A stretch of DNA of 63,802 bases, the filler included, from Pelomyxa schiedti (taxonomy: Eukaryota > Protista > Evosea), in assembly GCA_020536535.1 (NCBI GenBank). It is 13 parts of 13 records of this genome, joined end to end, with 100 filler letters (N's around TTAATTAATTAA, not from the genome) between each part and the next. Parts side by side here need not be neighbours in the genome. Positions count along the whole stretch, not along the records: positions 62,568 to 63,802 come from JAHLWZ010002667.1; 12 more parts are not named here. One strand, written 5' to 3'. Under the pieces are notes generated by a model that searched no databases, was not told where the DNA came from, and was given only the letters and a program-made list of their open reading frames with translations. The position numbers and the translations under genes were made by a program. Of the stretch, positions 62,920 to 63,802 are shown piece by piece. How positions within the stretch are numbered: the first letter of the stretch is position 1; every line of letters starts with the position of its first letter.

Positions 62920-63802
62920 TTAAGCAATTTGGAGGCTCACTTTGGTTCCGATTTGACGCTTAAATTGGGAAATTTTTGGAGTTAGGGTGCTGAGGAGAGG
63001 GGCCCAGAATTCCTTAGTTATTTCGTCTTTCCTCAGGGAGTTGCTGGTCAGGTTTTGGGTTGTGGGGTCCAACATTTGAGCATAGAGACTGCTTTTTGCT
63101 GGAATCTCAGGGAATGGTGTGTGCTTCTTCTTGGGGATTTTGATGTCTAATTGGGTTTTAACCCATGTGATTGCCTCTTGTATTTGGTCTGGGCTTGGAG
63201 GATAGTAGTCGAACAGATCTGCTACCTCCTTGTTTCTTTCAATGATGGTCAAGGCTTCTGTTGCAGATGCTTTCTGCAACTTAAGCAATGCTGAGAGAGT
63301 GTCCTGCTGTGTGTTGTTGTGGTTGTTCATTGTTTGCCACGCGGCTTTGGTTAGTAGCCTCTTGTAGGTCTTCCAGCATGCCACTGGATTGTCAGGGAGG
63401 CTTTCTGGAAGAATTCTCAGGAGGTGCAACTTGTATGCTGGGTTTTCGAAAGTCCATCTTGGGGGTCTGTCCTTGTTCCATTCAGTCTTGATTCTTGTGG
63501 TGACTGTTAGCAAGATTAGGAAGTGATCTGAGGCGTTGGATTCCCAGGTGGTAACCTGGGAAATAAGGTTTTTGGCTTTGGTGCATGCAGCATGATCTAA
63601 GGTGTAGCAGGTGCTGTTTTGAATGAATGTAGGAGACTTGGTTTCGACTGGGTGAACATCCCAGTTTTCCATGGTTGACATTGCTGCTTGTCTCAGGTTT
63701 GCTGACCTTTCAAAAGAAGGGTGTTGGTGTTTGAAGAGCGGGATATTGAAATCCCCTATCAGGATGGTTGCTGATGTGTTACTTGGGGTGTATCTTTTGT
63801 TG
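62920..63802 (-). mobile_element. Non-LTR retrotransposon ORF2 fragment: APE endonuclease plus linker, no RT
   Basis: The frame is open from the window edge and is intronless: ILIGDFN, SPTF, TLDHAAC, SDHFLI and PRWTFEN. Confidence 0.8.

Overview
Intron-rich eukaryotic DNA. It uses the standard code, with short GT-AG introns of roughly 40-130 nt. Degenerate GTTTGT/GTGTGT/GTATGT donors and expanded SEL1, MORN and kinase families suggest an amoebozoan, possibly an archamoeba such as Pelomyxa (inference only). The window is not contiguous: 12 artificial N-TTAATTAATTAA-N linkers join about 13 contigs, and there are three 100-N scaffold gaps. Recognisable genes are a complete animal-type DNMT1 (RFTS-CXXC-BAH-BAH-MTase), a UBE2D/Ubc4-type E2, importin-5, Mon1 with an apparent N-terminal NECAP-like PH domain, a DHHC palmitoyltransferase fragment, an ankyrin/PINK1-like kinase, three SEL1 genes, at least five copies of a MORN/ubiquitin-like/TKL kinase family, a truncated intronless clathrin-heavy-chain paralog, an LRR gene and a non-LTR retroelement endonuclease. 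Four observations stand out. (1) An LRR gene is built from 13 exons of exactly 84 nt with hypervariable surface residues, and its near-identical introns carry a 13-bp stem pairing the donor with the branch-point region; this is a candidate combinatorial receptor-diversification system. (2) Duplicated sequences show CpG-specific decay and gene 5' ends look like CpG islands, pointing to active 5mCpG methylation. (3) A TG...CA MITE could be spliced out in frame through sites in its own TIRs. (4) A ~315-nt hairpin shows G:U strand bias. All calls come from manual motif reading; no database search was run.
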